Of a stretch of DNA of 64,000 nt, positions 37,083 to 49,292 are shown one piece after another (position 1 is the first letter of the stretch; every line of letters starts with the position of its first letter). Position numbers and translations under genes: made by a program. The stretch is from Coriobacteriia bacterium (GTDB lineage: Bacteria; Actinomycetota; Coriobacteriia; Anaerosomatales; PALSA-660): the NCBI GenBank assembly GCA_030651905.1, contig JAUSBS010000017.1:2932-66931 (forward strand). Reading direction: 5' to 3'. The notes below the pieces were generated by a model, which saw only the letters and a list, made by a program, of their open reading frames with translations, was not told the DNA's origin and ran no database searches.

Positions 37083-38153
37083 CTACATGAAGCACGACTC
37101 GAGCGCCGTGACGATCGCCTCTGCGGCGTGGCCGTCGCCGTAGACGTCCGGGCGGGCCGCCGGCCGTGCTAGATCCCCGGCCGCCGCGACGATGCGCTCG
37201 GTGTCCGCTCCCACGAGCACGTTCCATCCGAGTTCGACCGTCTCGATCCATTCGGTCTCGTCCCGGAGCGTGATGCACGGGACACCGAAGAAGTAGGCCT
37301 CTTTCTGCATTCCGCCGGAGTCGGTCAGCAGCGCGGCAGCGCCGCGAAGCAGCGCGATCGTGGACCCGTAAGCCACCGGGTCGACCATCCGCACGTCCCC
37401 GCCCTCTCTCACCAGCGACTCCAGTCCGAACGCCGCGAGGTTCTTCGCGGTTCGGGGGTGTACCGGCCACACGACCGGCTTGCCGACGCGGGTGAGGGCG
37501 CGAACGATCGCCGCGAGCCGCGCGGGGTCGTCACTGTTGCCCGCGCGGTGCACGGTCGCGAGGAAGTAGTCACGGGGGGAGACGCCGAACGCGTCGAGGG
37601 CCTCAGACGACGCCGGGCCGTCAGCGTGGTAGCGGGCCGTATCCAGCATCACGTCGCCCACGAGTTCGACACCGTCGGTGACGCCCTCACGGTGCAGGTT
37701 CTCGACCGCGGTCGGCGTGGGGCACAAGAGAAGCCGTGAGAGGTGATCGACGACGACCCTGTTGATCTCCTCGGGCATGCGTCGGTCGAAGCTGCGTAGG
37801 CCCGCCTCGACGTGCGCGACCGGGATGTCGAGCTTCGCAGCGGCGAGTCCGCCGGCAAGCGTCGTGTTCGTGTCACCGTAGACCAGGACACAGTCCGGAG
37901 CGATCTCGATGAGCAGCCCCTCGATGGCGACAAGCATCTCGGCGGTCTGCGCGCCGTGCGTTCCCGATCCCACACCGAGGTTGACGTCGGGGGCCGGGAT
38001 GCCGAGCTCGTCGAAAAAGACACCACTCATGGCGCGATCGTAGTGCTGGCCGGTGTGGACCAGGATCTCGTCGTGGCGCTGGCGCAGCGCCCGGCAGACC
38101 GGCGCCGCCTTGATGAACTGTGGACGCGCTCCGACGATCGATACGACCTTCAT
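37083..38153 (-). CDS. UDP-N-acetylglucosamine-type 2-epimerase (WecB/WbpI-like)
   Basis: ATG 38153 gives MKVVSIVGARPQFIKAAPV. Also present: HTGQHYD, HVEAGLRSFDRRMPEEINR and DSGGMQKEAYF. Confidence 0.9.
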   Translation of the reverse strand: MKVVSIVGARPQFIKAAPVCRALRQRHDEILVHTGQHYDRAMSGVFFDELGIPAPDVNLGVGSGTHGAQTAEMLVAIEGLLIEIAPDCVLVYGDTNTTLAGGLAAAKLDIPVAHVEAGLRSFDRRMPEEINRVVVDHLSRLLLCPTPTAVENLHREGVTDGVELVGDVMLDTARYHADGPASSEALDAFGVSPRDYFLATVHRAGNSDDPARLAAIVRALTRVGKPVVWPVHPRTAKNLAAFGLESLVREGGDVRMVDPVAYGSTIALLRGAAALLTDSGGMQKEAYFFGVPCITLRDETEWIETVELGWNVLVGADTERIVAAAGDLARPAARPDVYGDGHAAEAIVTALESCFM

Positions 38154-38163
38154 GGGCGGCCCG

Positions 38164-39279
38164 CTAGCGGGCGAGTGCCTCCTTGACCACGCGAACGACC
38201 TCATCTTGCTGCTCACGCGTGATACCGGGAAACGCCGGCAGGGCGAAGGTACGCGAGTTGCAGCTCTCGGCCTCCGGAAGCGATGGCCTGACGTAGCCCG
38301 GAAGTGTGGCGAGCGCCTCCTGCTCGTGCAGGCACAGCGGATAGTAGAGCGCAGTTCCGATGCCGGCCTCGCCGAGCGCGGCCATGACCTTCGTGGCCTG
38401 GTCGGCGTCGGCGGCCTTCACGATGTAGAGATGGTAGACGGCGTCCCCGAACTCGCGCGCCACGGGCAGAGCGAGATCAGTACCTGCGAGCGCCTCGTCG
38501 TAGTAGGAACCCGCCGCGCGGCGCTGGGCGTTCCAGTCGTCCAGATGCGGCAGCTTCACGCTCAGTATCGCGGCCTGCAGGCTGTCGAGGCGGCTGTTGG
38601 TGCCGAAGGCGTCGTGGTAGTACTTCTTGCTCGTGCCGTGCTGGGCCAGCTTGCGGCACTTCGCGGCCAGGTCGACGTCGTCGGTGGTGATGATGCCGCC
38701 GTCGCCGGCGCAGCCGAGGTTCTTGCTCGGGAAGAAGCTGAACGCGGCCGCGCGAGCGAGCGAGCCCGCGCGCTTGCCCTTGTACGTGGCGCCGATGGCC
38801 TGGCAGGCGTCCTCCACGACGATGAGCCCGTGGCGCTGTGCGATCTCGAGCAGCGGGTCCATGTCCACGCACTGGCCGAAGATGTGGACCGGCATGATCG
38901 CCTTCGTCTTGGGCGTGATGGCCGCCTCGAGCTTGGCGACGTCCATGTTGTAGGTGCCGGGCTCTATGTCGATGAAGACGGGTGTCGCGCCCACATGCGC
39001 GATGGCCTCGACCGTGGCGAAGAAGGTGAACGGCGTGGTGATGACCTCGTCGCCCATGCCGATGTCGAGGCTCGCCATGATGAGGAAGAGCGCGTCGGTC
39101 CCGTTCGCGCACGCGACCGCGTACTCGGTGCCGCAGTAGGTCGCGATCTGCTCCTCGAGCGCCTTGACCTTCGGCCCGCCGATGAAGCCTGCGTTGCCCA
39201 TCACGTCATGCCAGACGGCGTCGAGCTCGTCCTTGAGCCCGGCGTACTGCGCCTTCAGATCGAGCAAGGGGATCCCCAC
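38164..39279 (-). CDS. DegT/DnrJ/EryC1/StrS-family sugar aminotransferase (WbpE-like)
   Basis: GTG 39279 lies 8 nt after GAAGGAG. The product starts MGIPLLDLKAQYAGLKDELD. Also present: ANGTDALFL and FSFFPSKNLG (PLP-lysine motif). Confidence 0.9.
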   Translation of the reverse strand: MGIPLLDLKAQYAGLKDELDAVWHDVMGNAGFIGGPKVKALEEQIATYCGTEYAVACANGTDALFLIMASLDIGMGDEVITTPFTFFATVEAIAHVGATPVFIDIEPGTYNMDVAKLEAAITPKTKAIMPVHIFGQCVDMDPLLEIAQRHGLIVVEDACQAIGATYKGKRAGSLARAAAFSFFPSKNLGCAGDGGIITTDDVDLAAKCRKLAQHGTSKKYYHDAFGTNSRLDSLQAAILSVKLPHLDDWNAQRRAAGSYYDEALAGTDLALPVAREFGDAVYHLYIVKAADADQATKVMAALGEAGIGTALYYPLCLHEQEALATLPGYVRPSLPEAESCNSRTFALPAFPGITREQQDEVVRVVKEALAR

Positions 39280-39296
39280 GTGTACGGCTCCTTCGC

Positions 39297-40097
39297 CTAC
39301 TGGTTGTCCAGCAACTGGTCTTCCGGCACGTCACGCACGACCTTGGCCGGCACGCCCATCACGAGCTTCCCAGGCGGAACGTCGCGCGTGACCACTGACC
39401 CGGTCGCCACGAACGCCTCTTCGCCGATCTCGATGCCGGGCAGGATGTGGACGCCACCGCCCACACGAGCGCCACGGTGGATCGTGCAGCCCTTCAGATG
39501 CTTGAATCTCTCCTGCGTGCGCCCCATGTAGTTGTCGTTCGTGGTGACGACCATCGGCGCGATGAAGCAGTCCTCCTCGATCACGATGTATGCGGTGATG
39601 TAGGCACCGGACTGGATCTTCGTGCGAGAACCTATCGCGGTGTCGTTCTCTACAGTGACGGAGCGACCCACAACGACGCCGTCGCCGATGCGGCAGCGCT
39701 CGCGCACGCCTGCGTTGTCGCCGACCACGCAGGCCGTGCCGAAGACGGAGCCCGCCATGAGCACGGTGTGGCTGCCGACCGAGCATCCGTCGCCCAGAAC
39801 CAGACCCTTGAGCTCACCGGCCTTCGCGGTGGAGGTGGCCGAGAGCACGGGGCGCTTGCCGATCATCGCGAAGGCCGAGATGACGCAGCCGTCGCCGAGC
39901 TTCGCGTCTGCACACACGGTGACGTGGTCGCCGATCACACTGCCGGCCCCGATGACCACGCCGGCGCAGATGTGTACGAACGAGCCGACGTGGACGTCGT
40001 CCCCGATGACCACGCCCTCGTCGATGACCGCGAACGGTGAAGGCGTGAACCGCGCGCCGAGAACGGCTGTCGGATGCACATAGATGCCGGTGGACAC
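39297..40097 (-). CDS. left-handed beta-helix (hexapeptide) sugar N-acetyltransferase (WbpD-like)
   Basis: GTG 40097 lies about 8 nt after GGAGGTG, just past the upstream TAG. The hexapeptide periodicity is clear (VVIGDDVHVGSFVHICAGVVIGAGSVIGDHVTV...). The track's 40229 start lies inside the upstream gene. Confidence 0.8.
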   Translation of the reverse strand: MSTGIYVHPTAVLGARFTPSPFAVIDEGVVIGDDVHVGSFVHICAGVVIGAGSVIGDHVTVCADAKLGDGCVISAFAMIGKRPVLSATSTAKAGELKGLVLGDGCSVGSHTVLMAGSVFGTACVVGDNAGVRERCRIGDGVVVGRSVTVENDTAIGSRTKIQSGAYITAYIVIEEDCFIAPMVVTTNDNYMGRTQERFKHLKGCTIHRGARVGGGVHILPGIEIGEEAFVATGSVVTRDVPPGKLVMGVPAKVVRDVPEDQLLDNQ

Positions 40098-40102
40098 GTT
40101 CG

Positions 40103-41134
40103 CTACACCTCCACGACGGTGCTCACCGGAGCTCCGCCTGCCGCCATCGACTCGTCGACGGCCTCGAGGATCCGCACGACGCGAAGACCATCGCGACCGT
40201 CGCTGCGCGGGGTCTCGCCGCTCGCGCAACAGTCAAGGAAGTGCTGGACCTCGAGAGCGAGGGGCTCCTTCATCGGGATCCAGGGCACGCGGATGTCACC
40301 GAAGCGCAGGGTGAGGTCCTCGCCATACGCCATGGCCTCAGCCGGCTCGACGCCCTTGTCGTAGATCCAGATCTTCTCGGTCGCCGCCATGTCGTCGAAG
40401 ACGAGCATCTTCTTCGAGCCGACGATCGTGAACTTGCGGACCTTGTGCGGGTCGAGCCAGCTCACGTGGATGTTGGCCATCTTGCCGCTCGGGAAGTGCA
40501 GATTGGCGAAGACCGTGTCCTGGACGCCGTCGTGCAGATAGGCGGCGCCGCTGGCCGACACGTAGTCCGGCGCCTCGCCGAGGAGGTAGAGCACGATCGA
40601 GACATCGTGCGGAGCGAGCGACCAGAACGCGTTCTCCTCGGCGCGGACCTTGCCGAGGTTGAGGCGCTGCGCGTACAGGTAGAGCACGTCGCCCAGTTCG
40701 CCGGACGCGATGGTCTCGCGGATCCAGTTGATCGCCGAGTGGTACTCCATGAGGTGTCCGACCATGAGCACGACTCCGGCGGCGTCGGCCAAGCGCACGA
40801 GCTCCTCGGCGTCGCTCGACTTGAGCGTGAGCGGCTTCTCGACATAGCAGTGCTTGCCCGCCGCGATGACCTGTTTGGCGATCGCGTGATGCGACGGAGC
40901 CGACGTCGAGACCACGACCGCATCCAGATCATGGTCCGCGAGGAAGACCGTCAGGTCTGTCGTCGTCGCGACAGCCGGATATAGACTCGTGAACTTCGCA
41001 AGGTTCTTCTCGGAGAGGTCGCATGCAGCGACAAGCACGGCGTCGCCGAGTCGATCCAGGTTCCGGACGAGGTTGGGCCCCCAGTAGCCGAAACCGACGA
41101 CCCCCACTCGGATCGGCTTCACCGATGTGCTCAC
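40103..41134 (-). CDS. Gfo/Idh/MocA-family oxidoreductase (WbpB-like)
   Basis: GTG 41134 overlaps the upstream TGA (GTGA). The product starts VSTSVKPIRVGVVGFGYWGPNLVRNL, and HCYVEKPL is also present. The 689-aa track ORF is a run-on across the upstream gene. Confidence 0.85.
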   Translation of the reverse strand: MSTSVKPIRVGVVGFGYWGPNLVRNLDRLGDAVLVAACDLSEKNLAKFTSLYPAVATTTDLTVFLADHDLDAVVVSTSAPSHHAIAKQVIAAGKHCYVEKPLTLKSSDAEELVRLADAAGVVLMVGHLMEYHSAINWIRETIASGELGDVLYLYAQRLNLGKVRAEENAFWSLAPHDVSIVLYLLGEAPDYVSASGAAYLHDGVQDTVFANLHFPSGKMANIHVSWLDPHKVRKFTIVGSKKMLVFDDMAATEKIWIYDKGVEPAEAMAYGEDLTLRFGDIRVPWIPMKEPLALEVQHFLDCCASGETPRSDGRDGLRVVRILEAVDESMAAGGAPVSTVVEV

Positions 41135-42426
41135 AGACGCACCACCTTGGGATCGCGGAATGCGTTCAACGCGTTGCGGGTATCCAAGACGAGCCGCGCC
41201 TTGTCCGCGACCATCGGGTAGTCGACGCCCTTGTGGTCGGTCACGAGAAGGACCGCGTCCACACTGGCGACAAGCTCCGGAGTCAGAGGGGTGCTGCTCA
41301 TGGAGACGCCGCCAGCCCGGTACTCCGGCACGTGGGGGTCGTGATAGACCAGCTTCGCGCCCTTCGCCAGCAGCAGCTCCGTGATCTTGATGGCGGGCGA
41401 CTCGCGCATATCGTCGATGTTCGCCTTGTACGCAACGCCGAGTATGAGCACCGTGCTGCCTGCGAGCGCCTTGCGATGGCCGTTCAGTGCGTCCATCAGG
41501 CGCTGCACGACGTAGTACGGCATCGCCTCGTTGGTCTTGCCGGCCAACTCGATGAACTCTGTGTGCAGGTCGAACTGGCGCGCCTTCCACGACAGGTAGA
41601 ACGGGTCGATCGGGATACAGTGACCGCCCAGGCCGGGGCCGGGGTAGAACGGCATGAACCCGAAGGGCTTGGTCTTGGCCGCCTCGACGACCTCCCAGAT
41701 GTTGATGCCCATGCGTTCCGAGACGACGAGCAGCTCGTTCATGAGCGCGATGTTCACGCAGCGGAAGATGTTCTCCAGCAACTTCGTCATCTCGGCGGCG
41801 CGGGTCGAGGAGACCGGCACGATGGTGTCGATGAAGCGAGAGTACATGGCCGTCGCCACCTCGGTGCACGCCGGGGTCACGCCGCCGACGACCTTGGGCG
41901 TGTTGCGGGTCTGGTAGACGGCGTTGCCCGGATCGACGCGCTCGGGACTGAACGCGAGGTAGAGATCGGTCCCGACCTTGCGCCCGGAGCTCTCGAGGAT
42001 CGGCTGGACGACCTCCTCCGTCGTGCCCGGATACGTCGTCGACTCGAGCGTGACGAGTACATCGGCACGCAGGTAGGGTGCGATGGACGCGGCGGCGGCC
42101 TCCATGAACGAGGTGTCGGGTTCCTTCATCTCGTCGAGCGGCGTCGGCACGCAGAGCACGATCGCGTCGCACTCCGCCGCCCGCGCGAAGTCCGCCGTCG
42201 CAGTCACGAGCCCCGCACTGACGAGCGGCGCGAACTGCTCGGTGGGGACGTCGGGGATGTAGCTCTCGCCTTTGTTGACGAGCGCGACCTTCTCGCCCGC
42301 GAGGTCGAAGCCGATGACGGTGAAGCCCGCCTTCGCCATCTCCACGACGAGCGGCAGGCCGACGTACCCGAGACCGACGACGCCGAGCACGGCGCTGCCG
42401 TCAGTGAAACGTTGTATCAGTCCCAT
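41131..42426 (-). CDS. nucleotide-sugar (UDP-N-acetylhexosamine) 6-dehydrogenase (WbpA/WecC-like)
   Basis: ATG 42426 gives MGLIQRFTDGSAVLGVVGLGYVGLPLVVEMAKAG, and GLGGHCIPIDP is also present. The track's upstream extension to 42792 is Arg-rich and overlaps fabZ. Confidence 0.88.
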   Translation of the reverse strand: MGLIQRFTDGSAVLGVVGLGYVGLPLVVEMAKAGFTVIGFDLAGEKVALVNKGESYIPDVPTEQFAPLVSAGLVTATADFARAAECDAIVLCVPTPLDEMKEPDTSFMEAAAASIAPYLRADVLVTLESTTYPGTTEEVVQPILESSGRKVGTDLYLAFSPERVDPGNAVYQTRNTPKVVGGVTPACTEVATAMYSRFIDTIVPVSSTRAAEMTKLLENIFRCVNIALMNELLVVSERMGINIWEVVEAAKTKPFGFMPFYPGPGLGGHCIPIDPFYLSWKARQFDLHTEFIELAGKTNEAMPYYVVQRLMDALNGHRKALAGSTVLILGVAYKANIDDMRESPAIKITELLLAKGAKLVYHDPHVPEYRAGGVSMSSTPLTPELVASVDAVLLVTDHKGVDYPMVADKARLVLDTRNALNAFRDPKVVRL

Positions 42427-42528
42427 GTCTCTCGACAGCCTTCCGCGCCGGGCCGCGGGTGAAGTCCCGGCAGTTGTTGACCGCCCGCTCGTTCGCGCGG
42501 GCTTCCGTGACCGCGTCATTGTACCGAA

Positions 42529-42548
42529 AGCGGCGCTCTCGAGCCGCT
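42529..42548 (-). terminator. terminator-like hairpin after fabZ
   Basis: On the minus strand, AGCGGC-N8-GCCGCT is followed by TTTCGG, 10 nt after the fabZ stop. A TACAAT -10-like hexamer (42523-42518) follows it. Confidence 0.4.
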
Positions 42549-42557
42549 GCGTCGTGC

Positions 42558-42986
42558 TCACTTGACAGCGAACATCAGCTCTCCGGCGCATGCGAGCTCT
42601 TCGCCCACCCACGCCTTCGCCTCGCCGAACCCGATCGGGCCACGCCGCTTCGTGATCCGGCACTCGAGGCGCAGCGTGTCCCCCGGCCGCACCTGGCGCT
42701 TGAAGCGCACGCCATCGATACCACCGAAGAAGCCGACCTTGCCTTGGTTCTCGGGCATCGAGAGCAACGCGACGCTTCCGACCTGCGCGCACGCCTCGAC
42801 GATGAGCACACCCGGCATGACCGCGTACTCAGGGAAGTGACCCGGCACCCAGAACATGTCGCTCGTGACCTCGAGATACCCGACGGCCCACTCGCCCGGG
42901 ACGTAGTCTTCGATCCGGTCGACGAGCAGGAACGGCTCCCGGTGCGGGATGATCGCCTTGATGCCCTCGCGGTCGAGTGCCCTCAT
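42558..42986 (-). CDS. fabZ: 3-hydroxyacyl-ACP dehydratase
   Basis: IIPHREPFLLVDRI, FWVPGHFPEYAVMPGVLIVEACAQ and FKRQVRPGD are present. The start is either ATG 42986 or 43019. Confidence 0.88.
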   Translation of the reverse strand: MRALDREGIKAIIPHREPFLLVDRIEDYVPGEWAVGYLEVTSDMFWVPGHFPEYAVMPGVLIVEACAQVGSVALLSMPENQGKVGFFGGIDGVRFKRQVRPGDTLRLECRITKRRGPIGFGEAKAWVGEELACAGELMFAVK

Positions 42987-43019
42987 CGTCTCGTACTCCC
43001 CCCTCGCGCTCTGCGCCAA

Positions 43020-44264
43020 CTAGACGGTTCGGACATCGGCCCCGAGCGAGCAAAGCTTGCCGACGAAGTCCTCGTAGCCACGCTCGATGTGGTGGACGTC
43101 GGTCACGACGGTCTCGCCGTCCGCGACAAGCCCGGCGAGCACGAGAGCGGCGCCGGCGCGAAGGTCCGACGCGCGCACAGGCGCACCCGAGAGCGCGTCC
43201 ACGCCGCGGATGAGCGCGTGGTGTGCCTCGATGCGCACGTCCGCGCCCATGCGAGCGATCTCATCGGCGAACATGAACCGATTCTCGAAGACGTTCTCGG
43301 TGATGACGCAGTCGCCATCGGCGATGGCCATGAGCGTCATGAACTGCGCCTGCATGTCAGTGGGGAAGCCGGGAAACGGCAGCGTCGCAACGTCGACCGG
43401 GCGCACGGGGCCGGTCCGCCGGACGGTCACGAAGTCGGCTCCGACATCGAGTGACGCTCCGGATTCCCGAAGCTTCGTCAGCACGATCTCGAGATGCGAC
43501 GGGTCGAAGCCGCGCACGGTGACCGGCCCTTCGCACAGAGCCCCGGCGACGAGGAACGTACCGGCCTCGATGCGGTCGCCGATGACGACGTGGTCCGCCG
43601 GGTGGAGAGCGTCGACGCCTTCGATCGTGATCGTGGGCGTGCCTGCTCCGTCGATGCGGGCGCCCATGGCGCTCAAGAGCGCCGCAAGGTCCGCGATCTC
43701 CGGCTCTCGCGCGGCGTTGTCGATGACGGTCGTGCCCGATCCGAGCGACGCCGCCATGAGCAGGTTCTCCGTCGCGCCGACGCTCGGGAACTCGAGCATG
43801 ACGTGTGCACCGCGGGCCCGGCCGGTCGCATCGATGAAACCGTGCTCCGTGGTGATCTCGACGCCGAGCTGCATGAGCCCGGCGATGTGGATGTCGACCT
43901 TGCGCGACCCGATGTTGCAGCCGCCCGGCATGGCGACGTGCGCGCGCCCAAGCCTGCCGACCAGCGATCCGAGCACGCAGGTCGACGCGCGCATGCGGGC
44001 GACCAGTTCGTAGGGCGCCTCATGGCCCGTGAGCGTCGTGGCGTCGATCGAGAGAGCGTGATCCGTGCGCACCACCGTGGCGCCGAGGTGCTCGAGCACC
44101 TCGGTCATGACTGTGACGTCAGAGATGTCCGGTACGTTGCGGAGCACGGACACTCCGGGTGCCAGCAGGGCGGCGGCCATGAGCTTGAGCGCCGAGTTCT
44201 TCGCGCCGCCCACGCGCACCTCGCCGGACAGCGCGCGGTCTCCTGTGACGACGATGCTTCGCAT
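43020..44264 (-). CDS. murA: UDP-N-acetylglucosamine 1-carboxyvinyltransferase
   Basis: The 414-aa product starts [35 protein letters not shown], and [12 protein letters not shown] is also present. Confidence 0.93.
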   Translation of the reverse strand: MRSIVVTGDRALSGEVRVGGAKNSALKLMAAALLAPGVSVLRNVPDISDVTVMTEVLEHLGATVVRTDHALSIDATTLTGHEAPYELVARMRASTCVLGSLVGRLGRAHVAMPGGCNIGSRKVDIHIAGLMQLGVEITTEHGFIDATGRARGAHVMLEFPSVGATENLLMAASLGSGTTVIDNAAREPEIADLAALLSAMGARIDGAGTPTITIEGVDALHPADHVVIGDRIEAGTFLVAGALCEGPVTVRGFDPSHLEIVLTKLRESGASLDVGADFVTVRRTGPVRPVDVATLPFPGFPTDMQAQFMTLMAIADGDCVITENVFENRFMFADEIARMGADVRIEAHHALIRGVDALSGAPVRASDLRAGAALVLAGLVADGETVVTDVHHIERGYEDFVGKLCSLGADVRTV

Positions 44265-44390
44265 GCGGGTCTGCTGGTCTCCTCGCCGGTGGTCGGACGG
44301 CGTCGCGCGGCGCCGATGACTTCGTCGCTACAGGGTAGTCCACCCGGCGGCGCGCGAACAACGCGATGGGCGCGGGCGTTGCCGGGACGT

Positions 44391-44819
44391 CTACTTGTGT
44401 GCGCCGACCGAGAGCTGCACCTGGGCCCACTTCATGGCGGCCTCACCGCGGTCCAGCTCCTCCGCCGAACCCCCCGACGCCCCTGCGGATCTCAGTTCCG
44501 CAAGCCTCTGCGCCGCGAGATCGCTCGCCTGCCGCGCGCGCTCGATATCGATCTGCCCGCTCGCCACGGCGTCATCGGCCAGGATGATCACCTTGTCCTC
44601 ATGGACCTGGAGGTAGCCGCCCGAGATCGCGAACCACTCGATCTGGTCCCCGCCGAACTTGACGCGGACCTCTCCGGCCTTGAGCGCAGCCACCATGGGC
44701 GCGTGCAGCGGCAGGATGCCCAGTTCGCCGTCGAGTGCCGGGGCGACGACCATCTCCACCTCGTTGGTGTAGAGGATGTGCTCCGGCGTGACGATCTCGC
44801 ACAGGAGGGTGCGCGCCAT
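44391..44819 (-). CDS. atpC: F0F1 ATP synthase subunit epsilon
   Basis: The 142-aa product contains LLCEIVTPEHILYTNEVEMVVAPALDGELGILPLHAPMV. It is the last gene of the atp operon. Confidence 0.9.
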   Translation of the reverse strand: MARTLLCEIVTPEHILYTNEVEMVVAPALDGELGILPLHAPMVAALKAGEVRVKFGGDQIEWFAISGGYLQVHEDKVIILADDAVASGQIDIERARQASDLAAQRLAELRSAGASGGSAEELDRGEAAMKWAQVQLSVGAHK

Positions 44820-44834
44820 ACGTCTCGCCCGCCC

Positions 44835-46271
<1,437 letters not shown>

Positions 46272-47156
46272 TTACTTCTCAAGGGCGGCCGCGCCGCCGA
46301 CGATCTCTGCGATCTCGTTGGTGATGGACGCCTGTCGCGCGCGGTTGTAACTGCGCGTCAGCGTGGTGATCATCTCGGAGGCGTTGTCCGTCGCCGACTT
46401 CATGGCGGTGCGTCGAGCGCCCTGCTCCGCCGCCGCCGACTCCATGAGCGCCCGGTAGATGAGCGTCTCGACGTAGGTGGGAAGCAACCTCTCGAGCACA
46501 TCGTCGGCGGTCGGCTCGAAGACGTACTCGGGCATGATGCGATCCACCTCTTCGTCACCCGCCTCGACGACCGTCTCCGCTATCGGAAGAAGGGTGTGGA
46601 TCTCGGGCTTCTGCTCGGCAACGTTCTTGAACCGGTTGAAGACGATCTCGACACCGTCGATCTCTGAATCGGAGAAGGCGCCGATGACATGCGCCGCGAT
46701 CGCGCGCGCGTCGGCGATCGAGGGCCGGTCCGAGATGTCGCGGTAGACAGCCAGGGGCTCGATCCCGCGGTAGCGGAAGTAGCCGGCGGCCTTCTTGCCC
46801 ACGGCGATGATGTCGACCGTCGCGCCGCGTTCGCGCTCGTCGGCGACCAGGTGCTCCGTCATCCGCAGGATGTTGCTGTTGAAGGCCCCGCACAGGCCGC
46901 GGTCGGACGTGATCGCGATGACGACGACGCGCTCGCGCTTGTCGTGGGTGGCGAGCAGCGGGTGTGACGCGCCCCGCACGAAGTGGGCGACGTTGCCGAG
47001 CACTGCCATCATGGCGAGCGCGTACGGACGCGCGGACTCGATGCGGTCCTGTGCCTTGCGGATCTTCGCCGTCGCCACCATCTCCATGGTGCGCGTGATC
47101 TGTCGCGTGGACTGCACGCTGACGATCCGGTTCTTGATGTCGCGTAGCGTCGCCAT
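46272..47156 (-). CDS. atpG: F0F1 ATP synthase subunit gamma
   Basis: MATLRDIKNRIVSVQSTRQITRTMEMVATAKIRKAQ at the N-terminus and ITNEIAEIVGGAAAL at the C-terminus. Confidence 0.93.
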   Translation of the reverse strand: MATLRDIKNRIVSVQSTRQITRTMEMVATAKIRKAQDRIESARPYALAMMAVLGNVAHFVRGASHPLLATHDKRERVVVIAITSDRGLCGAFNSNILRMTEHLVADERERGATVDIIAVGKKAAGYFRYRGIEPLAVYRDISDRPSIADARAIAAHVIGAFSDSEIDGVEIVFNRFKNVAEQKPEIHTLLPIAETVVEAGDEEVDRIMPEYVFEPTADDVLERLLPTYVETLIYRALMESAAAEQGARRTAMKSATDNASEMITTLTRSYNRARQASITNEIAEIVGGAAALEK

Positions 47157-47165
47157 GCCCAGTCC

Positions 47166-48734
47166 CTACTCGGCCTGTACCGCGAAGGACACCTTGAACT
47201 CCGCGACGGCGGCGGAGAGTGAAGCCTTCAACTCGTCGGAGAGCTTCTTCTCCTTCGCGATCTCAGCGCCGATCTCGGGATGCACGCTGTCCATGAAGTC
47301 GAGCAGGCCGGCGCGGAACGCCAGCACCGACTCCACGGGCAGGTCGTCCAGGAAGCCGTTGGTGCCTGCGAAAATCGAGATGACCTGCTTCTCGACCGGC
47401 ATCGGCACGTAGCGGCCCTGCTTCAGCAACTCGACCAGACGCGCGCCCCGGGCGAGTGTCTGCTGGGTGGACTTGTCCAGGTCGGACCCGAACTGCGCGA
47501 ATGCGGCCATCTCGCGATACTGCGCGAGATCGAGCCGCAAGGAGCCCGCCACCTGCTTCATCGCCTTGATCTGGGCGTCGCCGCCCACTCGGGAGACCGA
47601 TATGCCGACGTTGATGGCCGGACGGACGCCCTGGAAGAACAGGTCGCTCTGGAGGAACATCTGACCGTCGGTGATCGAGATGACGTTCGTGGGGATGTAG
47701 GCCGACACGTCGCCTGCCTGGGTCTCGATGACCGGCAGTGCCGTCAGCGAACCGGCGCCCTTCTCGTCGTTCATCTTCACGGCCCGCTCGAGCAACCGGC
47801 TGTGCAGGTAGAACACGTCACCCGGGTACGCCTCGCGGCCCGGCGGCCGACGCAGGGTCAGCGACATCTGGCGGTAGGCCACGGCCTGCTTCGACAAGTC
47901 GTCGAAGACGCACAGCACGTGGCGACCGGGGTTGTCCTTGCTCGCGGGCTTGCCGTCCGCGCCGTTGTACATGAAGTACTCGCCCATGGCGACGCCCGAC
48001 AGCGGCGCGATGTACTGGAGCGGAGCAGGCTCGGACGCGGCCGCGGTCACGACGATCGTGTAGTCCATCGCGCCGAAATCATCGAGGGTGCGCACGACGC
48101 CCGCGACCGTGGAGGCCTTCTGGCCGATCGCCACGTAGACGCAGATGACGTCCTTGCCCTTCTGGTTGATTATCGCGTCGACCGCCACGGCGGTCTTGCC
48201 CGTCTGGCGGTCGCCGATGATGAGTTCGCGCTGACCTCGCCCGATCGGGATCATGGCGTCGATGGCCATGATGCCGGTCTGGAGCGGCTCATGGACCGGC
48301 TTGCGGTCCACCACGCCGGGTGCTTTGCACTCGACGGGGCGGTAGCCTTCGGCGGCGATGGGGCCTTTGCCGTCGACCGGCTGACCCAGCGGATCGACGA
48401 TGCGACCGAGGAACGCCGGGCCCGAGGGGACCTCGACGACACGCCCGGTGCTACGGACGGAGTCGTTCTCCTTGATGAGCGAGGTCTCGCCCATGAGAAC
48501 GGCGCCGACCTCCTTCTCATCGAGGTTCAGGGCCAGGCCCATGACGGTGTGGCCGCCTTCGCCGATGAACTCGAGCAGTTCGCCGGACATGGCGTTCTTG
48601 AGGCCGTCGACGCGCGCGATACCGTCGCCGATCTGGACGACGGTACCGACCTCGCGGACCTCGAGCGAGGGTTTGAAGGCGCCGAGCTGTGCCTTCAGGA
48701 CCTCATGGATGGACGAAGCGGTGATCTCCGCCAT
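47166..48734 (-). CDS. atpA: F0F1 ATP synthase subunit alpha
   Basis: Walker [12 protein letters not shown] is present. The 522-aa length is typical of alpha subunits. Confidence 0.95.
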   Translation of the reverse strand: MAEITASSIHEVLKAQLGAFKPSLEVREVGTVVQIGDGIARVDGLKNAMSGELLEFIGEGGHTVMGLALNLDEKEVGAVLMGETSLIKENDSVRSTGRVVEVPSGPAFLGRIVDPLGQPVDGKGPIAAEGYRPVECKAPGVVDRKPVHEPLQTGIMAIDAMIPIGRGQRELIIGDRQTGKTAVAVDAIINQKGKDVICVYVAIGQKASTVAGVVRTLDDFGAMDYTIVVTAAASEPAPLQYIAPLSGVAMGEYFMYNGADGKPASKDNPGRHVLCVFDDLSKQAVAYRQMSLTLRRPPGREAYPGDVFYLHSRLLERAVKMNDEKGAGSLTALPVIETQAGDVSAYIPTNVISITDGQMFLQSDLFFQGVRPAINVGISVSRVGGDAQIKAMKQVAGSLRLDLAQYREMAAFAQFGSDLDKSTQQTLARGARLVELLKQGRYVPMPVEKQVISIFAGTNGFLDDLPVESVLAFRAGLLDFMDSVHPEIGAEIAKEKKLSDELKASLSAAVAEFKVSFAVQAE

Positions 48735-48737
48735 GAG

Positions 48738-49292
48738 TTACACGCCACCTCCTTGAGCGGACGTGAGCGCCTGGCGGACGCCCTCGAGCTGCGTGGATAC
48801 GCTGCCATCGAGGACGCGACCGGCGACATGGATCCGAATGCCGCCAAGGATCGAGGCGTCCACGGTCTCCCTGAGGGTGACGGGACGTCCGAGCGAGGCG
48901 GTGAGCTTGTCGGTCACGGACGCGCGAAGCGCGTCGTCGAGCGGGATAGCGGTCGTGACCTCGGCGACGACGATGCCCCGCTCGGCCTCCGCTATATCGC
49001 GGTAGGTGCGGGCGACATCAGTCAGCGAAGCGGTCAGGCCGCGTTCGGCGAGGACCGAGACGACGGCGAGGACCTCCGGCGTCGCGTCGGCGCCGAAGAT
49101 GTCGCGCAGGACGTCGCGCTTCTTCTCGGCGGGGAGAGATGTGTCGGTCAGTGCGGAGCGAAGATCGACGCTGCCGCGGATGGTCGCGCTACACGTCGCG
49201 AGACCCTCGTCGGTCGCGTCGACGGCATCGGCCAGTACAGCCAGATCGAAGAGCGCTCTGGCGTAGCCAGCAGCGACGTCGCTAGTTCCCAT
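48738..49292 (-). CDS. atpH: F0F1 ATP synthase subunit delta
   Basis: 184 aa, located between atpF and atpA, with YARALFDLA near the N-terminus. Confidence 0.85.
   Translation of the reverse strand: MGTSDVAAGYARALFDLAVLADAVDATDEGLATCSATIRGSVDLRSALTDTSLPAEKKRDVLRDIFGADATPEVLAVVSVLAERGLTASLTDVARTYRDIAEAERGIVVAEVTTAIPLDDALRASVTDKLTASLGRPVTLRETVDASILGGIRIHVAGRVLDGSVSTQLEGVRQALTSAQGGGV

Noticed and set aside
41135-42172. N-terminal extensions making 689-aa (40103-42172), 553-aa (41131-42792) and 516-aa (61003-62553) proteins
   Set aside because: The extensions are Arg/Pro-rich run-ons through the upstream genes in other frames. Each real gene has an internal start with an SD and a recognisable family N-terminus.
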